Origin: Octopus sinensis | Taxonomy: Eukaryota | Assembly: GCF_006345805.1 (NCBI RefSeq) | Contig: NC_043000.1 | Span: 59,086,001-59,150,000, forward strand | Direction of reading: 5' to 3' | DNA: 64,000 nt | Shown: positions 23,679 through 37,386 of the stretch, piece by piece | How positions within the stretch are numbered: the first letter of the stretch is position 1 | Layout of the letters: each line of letters begins with the position of its first letter | Notes under the pieces: model-generated | What the model was told of the DNA's origin: nothing | Databases searched by the model: none | What the model saw: the letters and a program-made list of their open reading frames with translations, nothing else | Position numbers and translations under genes: made by a program

Positions 23679-24679
23679 TCTATATATATAAAACTGTAGT
23701 TGTGTGTGTCTGTCCCCTTCAATTTAGATTCCTAACTACTCCCATATTTTGCAGTGCAGTTTAACCAAATTCGGGTATCTTATAGTCGTGATTCATATTG
23801 AGCCTGTCTGGGTATTAGCGCGCATCTACGATGAGTCTACGATTTAAAAAATAATTTAACATCATTTTTTATTCCATTTTAATGCATATTTTTTCGTGTG
23901 TCGATGGCAGCGGAGTTGGCGTCCACGCTCACATCTGCACCTGTGTTGCTTCCCCCCTTCTTCCCTCCCTCGTGAAGCTGTGGGGAAGGGAGTGTAAGGA
24001 AATCAACGTCGTAATGCGTTGTCAAGGAGACCAGCGTTCTTTTAGAACAACGACTTCATGGCTTGAAGTCGCCAAAACAGAAATCGCTAAAAAAGCTGAA
24101 ACAGATCCACAAAAACGGTAATTACCGCCACACAGGGCAGGTTTCCTGTGCAAACAATTTGCACAACCGAATGTTTTAGTTGTTGCACAAATCTTTATAT
24201 ATAAAAGTAAGGTTGTGTGTCTGTCTCCTACGATTTAGATTCCTAACTACTCCCACATTTTGCGGTGCAGTGTAACCAAAACCGGGTATCTTATAGTCGT
24301 GATTCATATCGAGCCCTTCTGGATATTAGCGCACATCTACGATGAGTCCACGATTTAAAAAAAATTACCATCATTTTTTATTTCATTTTAATGCATTTTT
24401 CGCTATTATATAAGGGAAGTAACTTTCTAAAAATGTCTACGATGAGTCAACGATTAAAAGAAAAAATTACCATCATTTTTTATTCCATTTTAATGCATTT
24501 TTCGCTATTATATAAGGGAAGTAACTCTCTAAAAATGTCTACGGTGAGTCAACGATTCAAAAAAAAAATTACCATCATTTTTTATTCCATTTTTAATGCA
24601 TTTTTTGCTATAACTCACTAAAAATGCTTATATAGTTATTTCCCTTACAAACCCGAGCAATGCCGGGCGATACTGCTAG
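23679..24679 (+). mobile_element. composite non-autonomous Helitron (two 5' ends, tandem internal repeats)
   Basis: a|TCtatatatataaaactgtag start, second TC start at 24192, repeated units ctacgatgagtc...tttaatgcattt, 3' hairpin cccgagcaatgccggg plus CTAG|t. Confidence 0.88.
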
Positions 24680-25457
24680 TCTTATATAAACTCTCTTAAT
24701 TAACTGCTTTAAGTTTTTCTATCCTCAGCCCAGGGAACATATTGCAAAAGTACACAAGATAGACCTTTGTTCAATGCCTTTACTCTAAGCTTTTGTAGTG
24801 AAATAAACTGATTTAATAATATGTGGTTGTCTTAATAGCATATGATATATTAATATTGTTATATTATATCAAAATAGATCATTAATTAGAGCTGGAAGTT
24901 CAAAACTAATGCCACCTTTTGAATCAGTTATCCCCATTTATCAGGGATGAAGTATAAGTTCCAAAGTCTACACTTCTGCATCTCCAACTGAAAAAAAAGG
25001 CTTTGTCACCAAACTTCTGAGTAGACATAAATTTCCTAATATTATTATTGGTCAGATTATGCCTTAACCTATTCATTACCTTAAACTTACTTGTAAGATG
25101 AAAAGGTAAAATTATGAGGTGAAAAAGAGAAAACAGCTAGACAAGGTGTGACGACATATTTTTTTTATGGGGCATAAACACTTTATTGTTATTTTGGAGA
25201 ATAAAATAAAATAATATACTTGCATGATGTGTATTATTTTATAATTTCATTTGATTACACGATTTCCATTCTATGAATAAATTTTGTTTTCCACAAACTT
25301 CACTAGAATATATTACATGCCAGAAATTCATTTATAGATTTAATACAGTTTAAAATCTATATTAAATAATAGTTTCTGTTCCATTATATAAAAGTAACTT
25401 GCGAAGTAGTTAGAAAGGTTCAATATAAATTTTCACTGTTTGGCCATTATTTTTGTT

Positions 25458-26363
25458 TTATTTATTAACATTTTTGTTAAAATTATCATCATCATAATTA
25501 TCATCATTGGAGAATAGTTTCTCAAATCTTAACAACTCTTTCTTACTTATATTATTGTTAAAATATTCGAGGTAGGAAGGATTTTCATTGCCAAAGGTAA
25601 AAGTCTCTAATCCGGTAGAATATCTACGTTGGCCAACGTCCAGTTCCTTTTCATCAATTATTTGTAGATTTATAGCCAATGAGGGTTTTATCTCAAAACT
25701 GTTCAACAAAAGGCTATATAATGAACTGACTGTTATATATGGTTCACCTTCACCAAGGGATTCCATCCACTTATAAAAGTTATTTGCTACTAATCGTATC
25801 TCACTATCATTATAAAACTGAGCAGTCAATTTGTTTGAAGGTTTATTGAAGATTGCTTTCTTAATGTCTTTCATTTCTAAGTCTCTTTTCAAATCTGGAA
25901 GAAGGTAAGTATTTTCTCTTTTTTGTGTCTTTACTTTATCTATAACGAATTTTGGCAAAACACTTTTACAGTGACAAATTCTGAAATCTGCTCTAAGTTT
26001 CTTTTTCAAATTAAGTTCATTTTTTTCAATTCTCTCCAGTATAGATGGTTTATTTAAGTATTTTGTTTTAGCATCTCTAGAAAAGTTTAAAGCTTGGGGC
26101 AGAGATTTAAATTCGAGTTTATTAAGATTCTTCTGTTCTACTTTCTCTTCTGTTAGCTTGGTATGTTTACAGTTGCAGTTATTACCCGGATATAGAACAG
26201 GAGTCACTCCACCAACATGATAATTTTTGGAAGTACAAGGTCTCAGTTCTCTAGGGTTAAAATCACCAGTCGTTAATGCCAAGTAATATTTTGAGTCTTT
26301 TAAGTTAGTACCATTTATATATGTCCGTTGCGACTTGAGTAACATTTCTAAATCTTTTTTTCT
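25458..26363 (-). CDS. FAM47-family-like protein, large exon (about 301 codons)
   Basis: About 900 nt of open frame in very AT-rich DNA after the acceptor ttttctgtttacag|. SEIRLVANNFYKWMESLGEGEPYITVSSLYSLLLNSFEIKPSLAINLQII resembles the recalled FAM47 motif EIxxxxxEFCDWVxxLGG...STIxSLFASGYETKPALSVPIHVV. Upstream exons were not located. Confidence 0.65.
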   Translation of the reverse strand, partial: RKKDLEMLLKSQRTYINGTNLKDSKYYLALTTGDFNPRELRPCTSKNYHVGGVTPVLYPGNNCNCKHTKLTEEKVEQKNLNKLEFKSLPQALNFSRDAKTKYLNKPSILERIEKNELNLKKKLRADFRICHCKSVLPKFVIDKVKTQKRENTYLLPDLKRDLEMKDIKKAIFNKPSNKLTAQFYNDSEIRLVANNFYKWMESLGEGEPYITVSSLYSLLLNSFEIKPSLAINLQIIDEKELDVGQRRYSTGLETFTFGNENPSYLEYFNNNISKKELLRFEKLFSNDDNYDDDNFNKNVNK

Positions 26364-26662
26364 CTGTAAACAGAAAATAATGCTATTAATGTATATTATG
26401 TTTATATTTATGTGTATTAAACATGTACACATACATACATAAACTAACATCAAAGGGAAGAAAAGAAGGAGCGAATACCCTGGTACTCAAGGACCTAAAA
26501 AATGTTCAAATTTATGTTAGGTTACAAGACCAGTCTTGATCTCTACCACAGAACCTGAACAAGGTACCTCATAAAATGAGCTAGTTCTGACATATTATGC
26601 AAAAATCTGATGAGGAACTTTGAAAAAAACAAAAACAAAAAAACTTCTCAACACATCTTTAA

Positions 26663-27391
26663 TCTCTCTATATATAAACGGCAGTTTGTCTGTCTGTGTG
26701 TCTGTCAGGTTGTACCCTCACCCTGACCACGGCTTTCAACCGATTCTGATGAAACTTGACACACACATAGCCCAATGTCATAATTCAAAACTAACGCAGC
26801 GAAAATTTTGAAAGGTTCCCCCAGTTCTGAAAAAAATTGATAAATTCGACATGGGGTCGAGAATCTAAGCTTTTTATATGCAACATCAAAATGTATAAAA
26901 ATGTACAAAAACGGCAAAAAAGCGGGCAGCAATTTGAGTGACAACAACAAAAAAGTCAAAAGTGACCAAACTGAACAAACGAATGGAAAAGGTTTTTTGG
27001 TGCACACGACAAAAGTGGTTTATAATAAACCAAGAGTTTGCAAGTAGCGTCCGAGGACCCTTAGGACACGTCAAAAATTTAAGGTAAAACGTTTGGGGTG
27101 GTAGTTATAAAGAAAGTTTAAACAAAAAAAGGATTCGAATAACTTGCGGCTGCAGCAGCTATTAGCATAAGTGGCAGTGTTGGGGGTAAAGTCTCGAATG
27201 TAATTTCTTCCTGGTAGGAATTGGTTGGGTTGAATTATCGATAGCTGCTTGATAGTTATTTGGGAATGAAGAGAAGACATTGCAACCTACACATGCGCCT
27301 TCGTTCCCTAGAGGGAAAGGACTAGATTGGGATTAGTCGTTGCCTACTAGGGGCTCTTACATACCCGGGCAACGCCGGGCTATGCTGCTAG
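26663..27391 (+). mobile_element. non-autonomous Helitron, second family
   Basis: a|TCtctctatatataaacggc start; 3' hairpin cccgggcaacgccggg followed by CTAG|t. Confidence 0.85.
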
Positions 27392-28624
27392 TTTTATATA
27401 AAAAGAAAATGATGCCTGTCAAAAGAAGCGGATATCACTACCAATAGTACTAACCATGTGATTTAATTCCACAAAACTGTTTGATAATACTTGTAAAGAA
27501 AAATGAACACCATAGGCAATATTACCAACCACAAAATTATCCAAAACAGCCACCTACTGATGCCTATGGAAAAGAGCTGAACTACATGACCATTTAAAAG
27601 GAATCCAACAACTGTTTTTGCACAACAAACCAGTTTCGTACAAGACAATCTTTCACAGAACAATCACATGCATAACAAAACACAATAAAGTACATTATAT
27701 ATATAAAACATGTAAAAGGGACCTGTGCTGGTGACATGGAAAAGGCACCCGTGATGATGACACATAAAAGGCAGCTACTACACTCATGGAGTAGTTAGCA
27801 TTAGGAAGGGCATCTGGCTGTAGAAATTGAATCAAAATCAGATGAGCCTAGTACAGCTCTCCGGCTTATCAGTTTCAGTCAAACCATGACAGCATGGAAA
27901 ATAGACACTAAATGATGATGATAATGATATATATTACACATATAATAAATATGTAATGCAAAATATCTTATAGATTGTGATAGTTAAAATAAAATTTGAA
28001 AACTTATTCTTTCTGTGCAGTCTGGTATCGGTCTGCAACTTATGGGTTGAGGGGATTCTTGCTTTAAACAGCTGTTCTATTTTATTTTGTCACACTCACA
28101 AATGAGTACTTTGGGCTAACATAAACTATCACATGCTTCTGTGTTAAGTGTTCAATACAAACAAATGACAGTAATAGTTTAATCACTGATTAGGTTATTG
28201 TTCTAGTAAGCAATGTAACTTTGTTTTAATGTTGCAAATGACCTGAAATACTTTTAACTTTTATGGCCTGCCCAGCGACTTATGGCTAGTCAATTATAAG
28301 ATCTACATTTGTTAATTTTTTAACTGATTTTGCTAAATAAAATTCAAAATTATGTACCAAAATGTTAGTTTCAGTATCTTATTAATTGTATCAATATAAA
28401 AATTTTCAATTAAAATTGATCACAAAATAAGAAAACTTTATTCAATTTTATACAAAACTAGATTGTTGCCTATTGCTACGCTGCCGGTAAAAATATTTGT
28501 TAATCATATACATACCTTCATAAATTGTTCAAAGTGGAAGTCTGTTTTAAAGTTTGTGTTGCATTGTCTATATGTTTAAAAAACACAGAAATACACACAC
28601 AAACAACCAAAACAAATATATATA

Positions 28625-28824
28625 TTCTTTTACTTGTTTCAGTCATTTGACTGTGGCCATGCTGGAGCACCACCTTTAGTCAAACAAATTGACCCCAGGA
28701 CTTATTCAATCAGTCTCTTTTGCCGAACTGCTAAGTTATGGGGACGTAAACACACCAACATCGATTGTCAAGCGATGGTGGGGGGGAGGCAAACACAGAT
28801 ACACAAGCATACACACACACACAT

Positions 28825-28877
<53 letters not shown>

Positions 28878-29026
28878 CGATGGGCTTCTTTCTGGTTCTG
28901 TCAACCAAATCCACTCACAAGGCTTTGGTCAGCCTGAGGCTATAGTAGAAGACACTTGCCCAAGGTACCATGTAGTGGGACTGATCTCTGAACCATGTGG
29001 TTGGTAAGCAACCTACTTACCACACA
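28625..29026 (-). mobile_element. SINE family B with internal (CA)/(TA) microsatellite
   Basis: tcttttacttgtttcagtcatttgactgtggccatgctggagcacc...ccaaatccactcacaaggctttggtc...aaccatgtggttgg. Copies at 22600-22900, 40860-41190 and 59662-60020. Confidence 0.85.
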
Positions 29027-29059
29027 CCCAATCAAAATGAGTTTGTGTGTGTGAAAGAG

Positions 29060-29660
29060 CAATACTAGCTCCAAAAAACAGCACTAAGTAAAATTAATGA
29101 ACAGTTGCTGCAGTACCTTCTTGGAAGTCCTCACATCTATAAGTCAGTTGATACAATCCCAGATCCAGAAGAGGTGGGAAATTATCTAACAGAATTTCTC
29201 AATTCATTGGAGCCTCCAGGACTACCTCCCCACAGACTGGAACTTAAAGTGGGCACTCCAGTGATGTTATTGAGAAATATGAATCCACCAACACTCTGCA
29301 AAGGGCTACGCCTGGTGATAAAGAAGATGATGCTACATGTTATTGAGGCCACCATTCTCTCTGGATGTTGAAAAGGAGAGGATGTTTTCACACCTAGGAT
29401 TCCTCTCATTCCATTGGGAGCTGAAATTATTTCTATTTAGAAGAGTGCAATTTCCTATTCGTATCAGCTTCACAATGTCTATCAATAAATCACAGGGTCA
29501 AGCACTGTCTGTGGTAGGACTTCACTTGGAAGAGTTATGCTTCTCACACAGGCATTTAAATGTTAGCTGCTCTAGAGTAGAAAGCAAAAAGAAAATTCTA
29601 TTTGCATTTGTTTCACAAGGGAAAACAAAAAAAAATATTGTTTACCAAGAGGTTTTGTAG
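29060..29660 (+). pseudogene. Helitron PIF1-type helicase C-terminal fragment
   Basis: EFLNSLEPPGLPPHRLELKVGTPVMLLRNMNPPTLCKGLRL...QFPIRISFTMSINKSQGQALSVVGL...NVSCSRV, with an in-frame stop at 29371 and a frameshift. Confidence 0.92.
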
Positions 29661-32600
29661 GAATTACTACATCCTATGATACACTCCAGTATCCATTGCT
29701 CTTTGTGAATGGTGAAGATGGATACCATTTCGGCATAATACCAACAAACCCAAAGACTGCATCAACAAAGCACTTTCCTGCATGGACTTCAGTAACAAAG
29801 TATATTCTCCAATTACTCTCACCAACCACACAGTAAGCTATTACACCTTATTTTTTTCAAGTAATTCATTACTACATATTCTCATGTGACTGCATAGGCT
29901 CATTTATGTTTCTTATTCTACAGTCACACCAGAAATCCAATGTCAACCTTTCACCTTCTGCAGCATTTCAACAGTTCACTTCTCCATTGCTGTCTCCCAT
30001 TGCAGCCCCTTTCCAGAATGTACCCATTTACACACAATATCTCCATTATACCTACATTCATTTGACGGTCAACCATACTATGGATCATGTTAGATGCAGT
30101 GCTGACTGGCACAAAGGAGAGTATATCCACTGACAGCTTTTTGGTGTGTTCAAAAAATCACACACACCCCACCCCCAATTTTCATGGCAGGTTAGGGCCT
30201 GGAATCCTTCAAACACCTGCATGACATGTTACTTAGTCGAATTATATATACAAACTATGCCATTTTAATCCTGAGCAATGGTGTATGTATGTATGTATGT
30301 TTTTATGTACATACGCATGTACACAAAATGGGACAAGAACAAAAAACATTCAGATAGACAATACAAAGAAAACAAGGATGGGTCATTCGGGGTTTTCTTT
30401 CCTCAGTTGAGTTCCAGATTATCTTTGCAATTTCGGCTGGTTATACTTGAGATTGCTCCAATTTGGCCAGCCCTAAGGAAAAACTAAGCTAAGAGCATTA
30501 GATTCCTTGGAAGAAAGCAGCGAATGTATAAGACAACAAGGATGGCAAAAAATGAAGAAAGTTACACAAATACAAATAACAGGACATAACAACAGGTGTC
30601 TTTCAACTAGGGACAAATTAAATTAAGCTGGCATGTGTGGAAGTAAAGCCTTACAGCAGAGATACAAAATTTCACAAGCACAGGGAAGAATATAGATGTT
30701 GCACAAACAACAGCCAAACCAAGAAAGAAAGGTCAGGCTTGGCTGAACACTGGTCACGTGGGGAGAGAAGAGAGAGAGGTAGAGGCTGAGGGACAGAAGA
30801 AATAAGAAGGGTCGAGAAAAAATGACGGACACAGTAAAGTGAAAAGAGGAGGGAAAGTGAGCATGAAGAGAAGGCAATGAAATGTGAGAGAAGGGGAACG
30901 AAAGAACATATATATGTATATATATATGTACTGTGTTGAAAATTTGGTACCACACTATGTTTTAAATAAAATAAAAGTGTACACGTAAGTGACATTTTTT
31001 TAAATGTATGTAATAGATTGTGAATATTCTGCACATTGCCAATAGCATCTGCTGAAATATCAATTAAAGTTTGTCAAGCACATCTTGAGGATTGCAATGA
31101 AAGAGGGAAGACTGTATTATCTAGCTATCCTTGAGAGTGAAATTAAGGGAGAATTTATGTGTGCATACATGTATTATATAATTATGAGAATACTCAATTT
31201 TGTATTACTGAACTCACTCATTAAAATAATTCTTGACAGTGTGTTTAAATTATCCAACCAACTGGACCAGTGTATACACTTTTCTTTCTACAAATTGATA
31301 TAGCTGATTGTTGAAGATGTTTGTCTATGGAAATTTTTATAAGGGATACACACACACATACACACTTCAGTGGGGGATGCATGTATGTTAGTGTGACTAT
31401 TAAATCATATAGTGATATTTGGTTAGTTTTGACTGTTGGTTTACTGGTATATCAAGTAACAGATCAAGCAGTCATCAATATTTTTTAACTTGCTTTCATA
31501 CCATGCAATTTTAGCTTGAACTCAGCCAATGTATTATGAATGTCGACCAATGTGAAAAATTTCATATATCCTGTACACATACATACATATTTATTCCTGT
31601 TATTGCATGCTTGATGCTGAGCCTAACAAAGGAGATGACAAAGGACCGAGATATTTGGTGCCTTGCTGTATTCAAGAAAACCCACCCATCACAGTAGAAT
31701 TGATATCCTAAAACCACCTAGGTAATGCTTGTCTGTGAGGAGCTCTTCCCCACCTTCATCCTCTCTGCCCCATTAACATTTCCACCATATTTGATCCTCT
31801 AACACCCATCACTTCTCTATCACCTGATGGCAGAACAAGCACATACTACATCCCCTAGCTGTCTCATTTACCCCTCTTCCCGACCCAAAACCACTTCCAT
31901 TATCCCATTATCTTCCCCTGCCTACTGTCTCCACCAATCATCTTTCTGCACCTTCTCCCCTTTGAGCTGTTCTCCATCATTAATACCTCAATGCCCACAC
32001 ATACTTACAGCAACTCTTGCCTCTGCACCTCTCCTATAGTTCTCTCCATCATTTGCTGCAATCACCTCTTCTGTCCATTCACTCAGTCCAAAGCTCTGTA
32101 TCATTTCACCTATTCTTATCACACTCAAAGTCCCTCGCAGGCATGTTCCGACTCATTTTCACCCTCATCTCTTAATATTGCTCTCCTTATCTTACTAATT
32201 CACTCTCCTTTCTTTTCCAACTGGGATATCCATATATCTACAGCAAGACACCCATCTCTATTCCTCTAAACTGTTAATCTCTCAACTGGCGCAAAGCCAC
32301 CACTCCTCAGTTCTACTATCTCCCACTTGAGGATTTTTTGTTCCTTTCTATCTTGCAAAGCACTTGGTGACCCTCTCCATGATGGTACCATGTAAAACGC
32401 ACCTAGTACACTCTGTAAAGTAGTTGGCATTACAAAGGGAATCCAGCTGTAGAAATCATGACAAAACAGACACTGGAGCTTTGTACAGCTCCTGTCAAAG
32501 TGTCCAACCCACACCAGCATTGAAAATGGATGTTAAAGGATGATGATGATGATGATGATGACACATAGCAATATTATATTTTCATTTTTATGTTAAACCA

Positions 32601-34399
32601 GATTTTAAACTTTTTAACACTTCTTGAAAAGACAATTTCTTGTCTGAAGCATCAGTCAATAAAAAATTCCTTCCTTTTAAATATTATTAACAACTAGAAT
32701 TCATTGAGACTTGTGAATAGAATTTTCTGTTCCATTCAGATGTCATCATTATTTGCAATTTCTTTTTCTATACTTGCATGAATTCAACAGTTCAAACATG
32801 TACTGACAAGCCAGAGGGCTGCACCAAACTCCAGTGTCTATTTTGGCATGAATTCTACTGCCTGATGCCCTTCTTGATGTCAACCATTCCATTTGAATGT
32901 ACTGGATCCTTTTTTTTTTTCATTGCACCAGTACTGGTAAGTTCACCAAACAATCACAAGACAAGACCCTTCATATGAGTGGAGTATAGTATGTAATTAT
33001 TTTTATTCATTTTTCTTCTCATACTTCAAACTACTATTTGTATCTGAAGCATTATTAGATTTAAATGATCTTGTTGTTAACAGAAGTTGTGCTTTTAATA
33101 ACAGCTTTTGTGTCATTTGGCATATATATGATATGTTTTGTTTATAATGTGGCATTACACACTAAAAGTAAACAGTGTAGGGTTTATTTAATAGCTGACT
33201 TTCTTCTGTTCTGAGACACTGCATACTTCAACATTTTACTTTGCATATATGTTGAAAGTGTATATACTAGTATATAATTATTAACAGTATGTATATTTTT
33301 ATTTGAGTAAAACATATTTCAGTTACCACAAGCCTGCAGTTCATAATTTGCAATTTTATACATAGCAATATTATATTTTCATTTTAAAGTTAATGCAGGT
33401 CTTAAAAAACTTTTAGCACTATTTGTAATTGTTCAATTTCTTGTCTGAAGCCATCTTTAATCAGAACTGCTTTCTATGACATATTATTAACTCCTGGAGT
33501 CCATTGAGACTCATTTGACTAGCTCATAAAATTTTCTGTTCCAACCAGATGTAAATATTACCATGAATAAATCACATAATCCAACTATATGTTTTAGAAT
33601 TAATACTTGCATTTCTATAATGAAACCAGTAATGGTGGAGTCAGATTACAACAAGTAATAATTGCCTTTCATAACCATCACCATTTATCACCAAAATTCT
33701 TCAAGAAGACTGAGAAGCATTGATGATAGATTTAGAAAGCTTACAGTTCCAAATAAATAGCAAGATCACAAAGAAATGGGAAAATAACTTTATAAAAAAT
33801 AAGTTAAAACTATAACAGTCATGTTTTCAATCCAAAAGTCTAAATGGATTGTTGTTTGCCATATTTACAAATATAAATACTGCACAATAAAACAGCATAA
33901 AAGGAAAATGGTATGATAGAATTCCAGAAAAAATTGATTAAGATGACAGAAACAGTAACCCAGAACATACAAAAATATAGAAGAAATTTTACAGTTAAAG
34001 ATAGAAAGTGGAGTTAGTCTACTCAGAAAGCAATTTATAAAAACAAATGCTTATCTTCAGTTGTTAAAACTATTACAGCTTCCATTTGACATTATACATG
34101 TGTACAAAAACTGAGCAACTACACTCAGCAGAGACTTAGAGATATTCTTGAAAAAGTACGTTTTGTGACCCAAGTCTAAACATTCCAACTTGACTCATGA
34201 TGTGATAAAGTAAATGTTATGGGTGATAGCATTAATCAACGTCCAGTTCCAGATAGGTATTTTGTCGGGTAACTTAAACTAATTATGATTGTCACTCTGG
34301 TTTACTGGTCTACATGTCCTTAAATTTACTATGGCTCTTAGGAAACAGGAATCATGTTCCTGCCAACAATAGTTTAGTTGTCCCACTGTTGTAGAGTTG

Positions 34400-34760
34400 G
34401 CAGAATAAACACAATGTCTTCATATTTTAGCATCATCTGGCATTGTGTGCAAAATCTTTGTTTAGAACATGTTTCAAGATTTTGCTTATTACTACCATCA
34501 TCTTATTTCATCAACCAATGTAATAGTGTACCCTTGCTTCTTTGCAAAATGCACAAAAACTCAATACTGTACCTTGCAGTTCTCCATAATGTGTTTTCTA
34601 AGAAAATGACGAAACCAATCTTTGCCTGCACTTTTGTTCTCCACTTAAAACTGGATGTTCTTCAGGAAAAATTGACCCATATATTCAAATGTCAATCTTT
34701 TGGCCTCATTTTGTGCTATTATATTACACCATACATTTACATGAATTTTCATTGTCTTAC
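34400..34760 (-). mobile_element. pogo-like transposase remnant
   Basis: Minus-strand fragment CAGKDWFRHFLRKH resembles the CENP-B-type HTH motif AGKDWxxxFxxRH. Otherwise degraded. Confidence 0.4.
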
Positions 34761-37386
34761 ATGTATAGAAAAATGAAAAGAAAAAAAAGGCAGATTATTA
34801 ATATTGAAGGATAAGAAACTGGAACTAAAAGTATAGTTAAAAGAAGTGCTAATGATAGTTTTGAAAGAGCTAAACTGAGTAAAAGTGCCAATGTCACTCT
34901 GTCATTGATTACATTGAACTTGAAAAGAATAGCAGCCAATACATAAGTTTTTTGTTCTTATATATTGTCCATCCATCAGTTATAATGTCTGATGTTAACA
35001 AGCATAACCAATTCAGGAAAGACAAAAAAAAAAAAAAAAAAAAAAAAACATGTAACTGTAACATTGCAGTCAGAAATTACAATAATATTGTTTGAAAAAA
35101 TGCGAATATAAACTAATTCATCCACAATTTATGACATTTAAGGCAAGTTAATGCAAGGGAAGGTGTTGATTTGTAGCAAACAATAAAGTGTAATTTAAAT
35201 AATTTAGAGCAAAGCAATATGAAGATAAATTGATTTCAAAAATAATGTTGTGAAAAATGCCAAGCAGGTATACGATGACTCGCTGATGTACTTGGTAATT
35301 CCTGGGAAAGCGGGACTTATCCCTTGGTTCTATTCTCATAATTGTTTCGCTAATCCCAAAACAACAATACAAAGTATGTAGCCCTTGAAACAGTTATTAT
35401 GCATTTACAGAGAATATGGAACTGTCTTACACACGATCTTGTTTTTAGGAATTCCCAAATTATGAAGTCAATTATGTAATAACATGAAATTAGTTACCTG
35501 ATGGTAAGAATTCAAATAAAGTAGTCCCGAAAAGGGCTTTAATGTGTTCCCAGAGTATATAGAACTTAGAAGGAAATACTAATAAGGTATGTATACCAAA
35601 GTTGTAAAACATGTTACATAATAACAGGCTAATCAGATATGAGATAATAATAATTCAAAGTAAATAACTCTGAAAAGGGCTTTGTGCATTTCCAGAAAAT
35701 ATTACCTTTAGCAGCGCTAGTGTTGATATATTTGTGAATAAGTCACTAACTGAAGTAAGTAGATCTATTATTTACGAAAATACTGGATAAATTGTGAAAA
35801 TAACTCAAATAGTTCAAATACTAAGAAATAAACATATTCAATTTGATTTATACCAAATGATTTAGGAAAATGAATGGGTTATTTCCCTTGGCTATTAAAA
35901 TGAAATATATTAGATATATATATATATATAAGGATCCCTTCCAGGGGCCCTACTATCAACTTTTTCAACAATTTGAGTATGTCATGTGGTTTCTAGACAT
36001 GAGTTGTATTCACATGTCAAGTTGCATCAAAATCAATTAAACGATGTAGGAGGAGTTAGCTAACAACTCCACAAACAGAATTCCCACATATGTAGAAGAT
36101 ACTGATATTGTGAAGATTGGTGTATTTATAGTTGAGGTTGAGGTTAGAACTTTTAAAATACAACACAACATTCGTAAACTTAATTTGTCCAGCAAAAAGA
36201 AGTTAGCAGATATTGTGGTACTTGATGAAAAGTATAGTTACATATTTGAGGACTTGGTTAGCAAAAAAAAACAAACCTTTTTATATATTATCAAATATGT
36301 AGTGGTATACCATTATATATTTGATAATCTGGTACTACTCAGGCCCCAAGGGTGACGTTTTATCACAGCTAGACAGTATCTAAATATTAATATGCTAAGA
36401 CTGTCATGTGGTTAGCTGAAAGGAGAGGCCAAGAGCAAAAGAAAAAGACAGAGAAAGAGAAGGAGGTAGAGAAATTTTTATCGATGTGCATTAAGGCAGA
36501 AAGTAATAGTTATCATGCTAAGATGTGAAGTGGTTTGTTTAAAGGAGAGACTGAGAGAGAGAGAGAGTTGGTGCTGAGAGGCAAGAGAAAAGGTATTGCT
36601 ATTATGCTGTGGTTAGTTAGTTGAAGAAAGAAGTAGAAAGTAGAGACATAAACATGTTAAGTGTAGGGACATGTGGTGTAGTTGAAGTGAGAGACAGAGA
36701 AAGAGAGTAAGTGAGTGTTGACGGGAAAGAACTACGGAATAGAGAGCAGCTATATGATTTTAAACGTAGTATAATAGAATACTGTGACAGACTATTAAAA
36801 TAGAAGTTTAGTTACTGTTAAAGGTTTTCAGATCTTCAGTCTGTCGATAGAAAGATGGATGACGATATATATCAACATATAAGTTAAATCAAAGTAAAAT
36901 AATCTTAGCAAATAGCCGTGGTTATTACTTTTACCTTTTTATGTGTAGCAGTCCAAAGACTGAGGCCATGCTGGAGCACCGTAATAATTTTTTTTCAGTT
37001 ATTTGGTTTAAATGTATGTTCATATTGTTAGAGTAGACAGATACGTACATCAACAGAAATGTAAGTAGAATATAAGAGACATGCTGATAGATAGATAGGT
37101 AAGGTAGGTGGGTATGTATGTGTGTATATATGCATGCATGCATATATGTAAGTAGATAGGAAGGTATATAAGTAGATAGATAGATAGTCCCTTCAATACT
37201 ACCAATGTGGATTTTTATATCTTCTCAAGAATCAAATGTTTCACAAAAATGGCAAAGGTAAAGAATACGTACACCCAATGTTTAGTGTTAGGGTCATGCC
37301 AAAAACGGGTTGTGTGCGTATTTTTTTTTTACCTCTGCCACAATTTTCAAAGTGACCGTAAAATTTCTACGAGTACTTGCTAGTTA

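Noticed and set aside
24300-24620. Regular direct repeats resembling a CRISPR array
   Set aside because: The units are about 95-bp tandem subterminal repeats of a Helitron with no unique spacers, in a eukaryotic context with no cas genes.
26364-26453. N-terminal 30 codons of the listed 331-aa ORF
   Set aside because: This is (TG)/(TA)-rich intron sequence upstream of a clear acceptor at 26364.
30600-32270. 100-120-aa ORFs in purine- and pyrimidine-rich tracts
   Set aside because: Low-complexity repeat sequence with no splice or motif support. The same applies to most 60-110-aa ORFs in the track.
35273-35339. MRIEPRDKSRFPRNYQ as first coding exon of the FAM47-like gene
   Set aside because: Both possible donors (GTACAT, GTATAC) are weak, there is no similarity support, and it lies 9 kb from the large exon.
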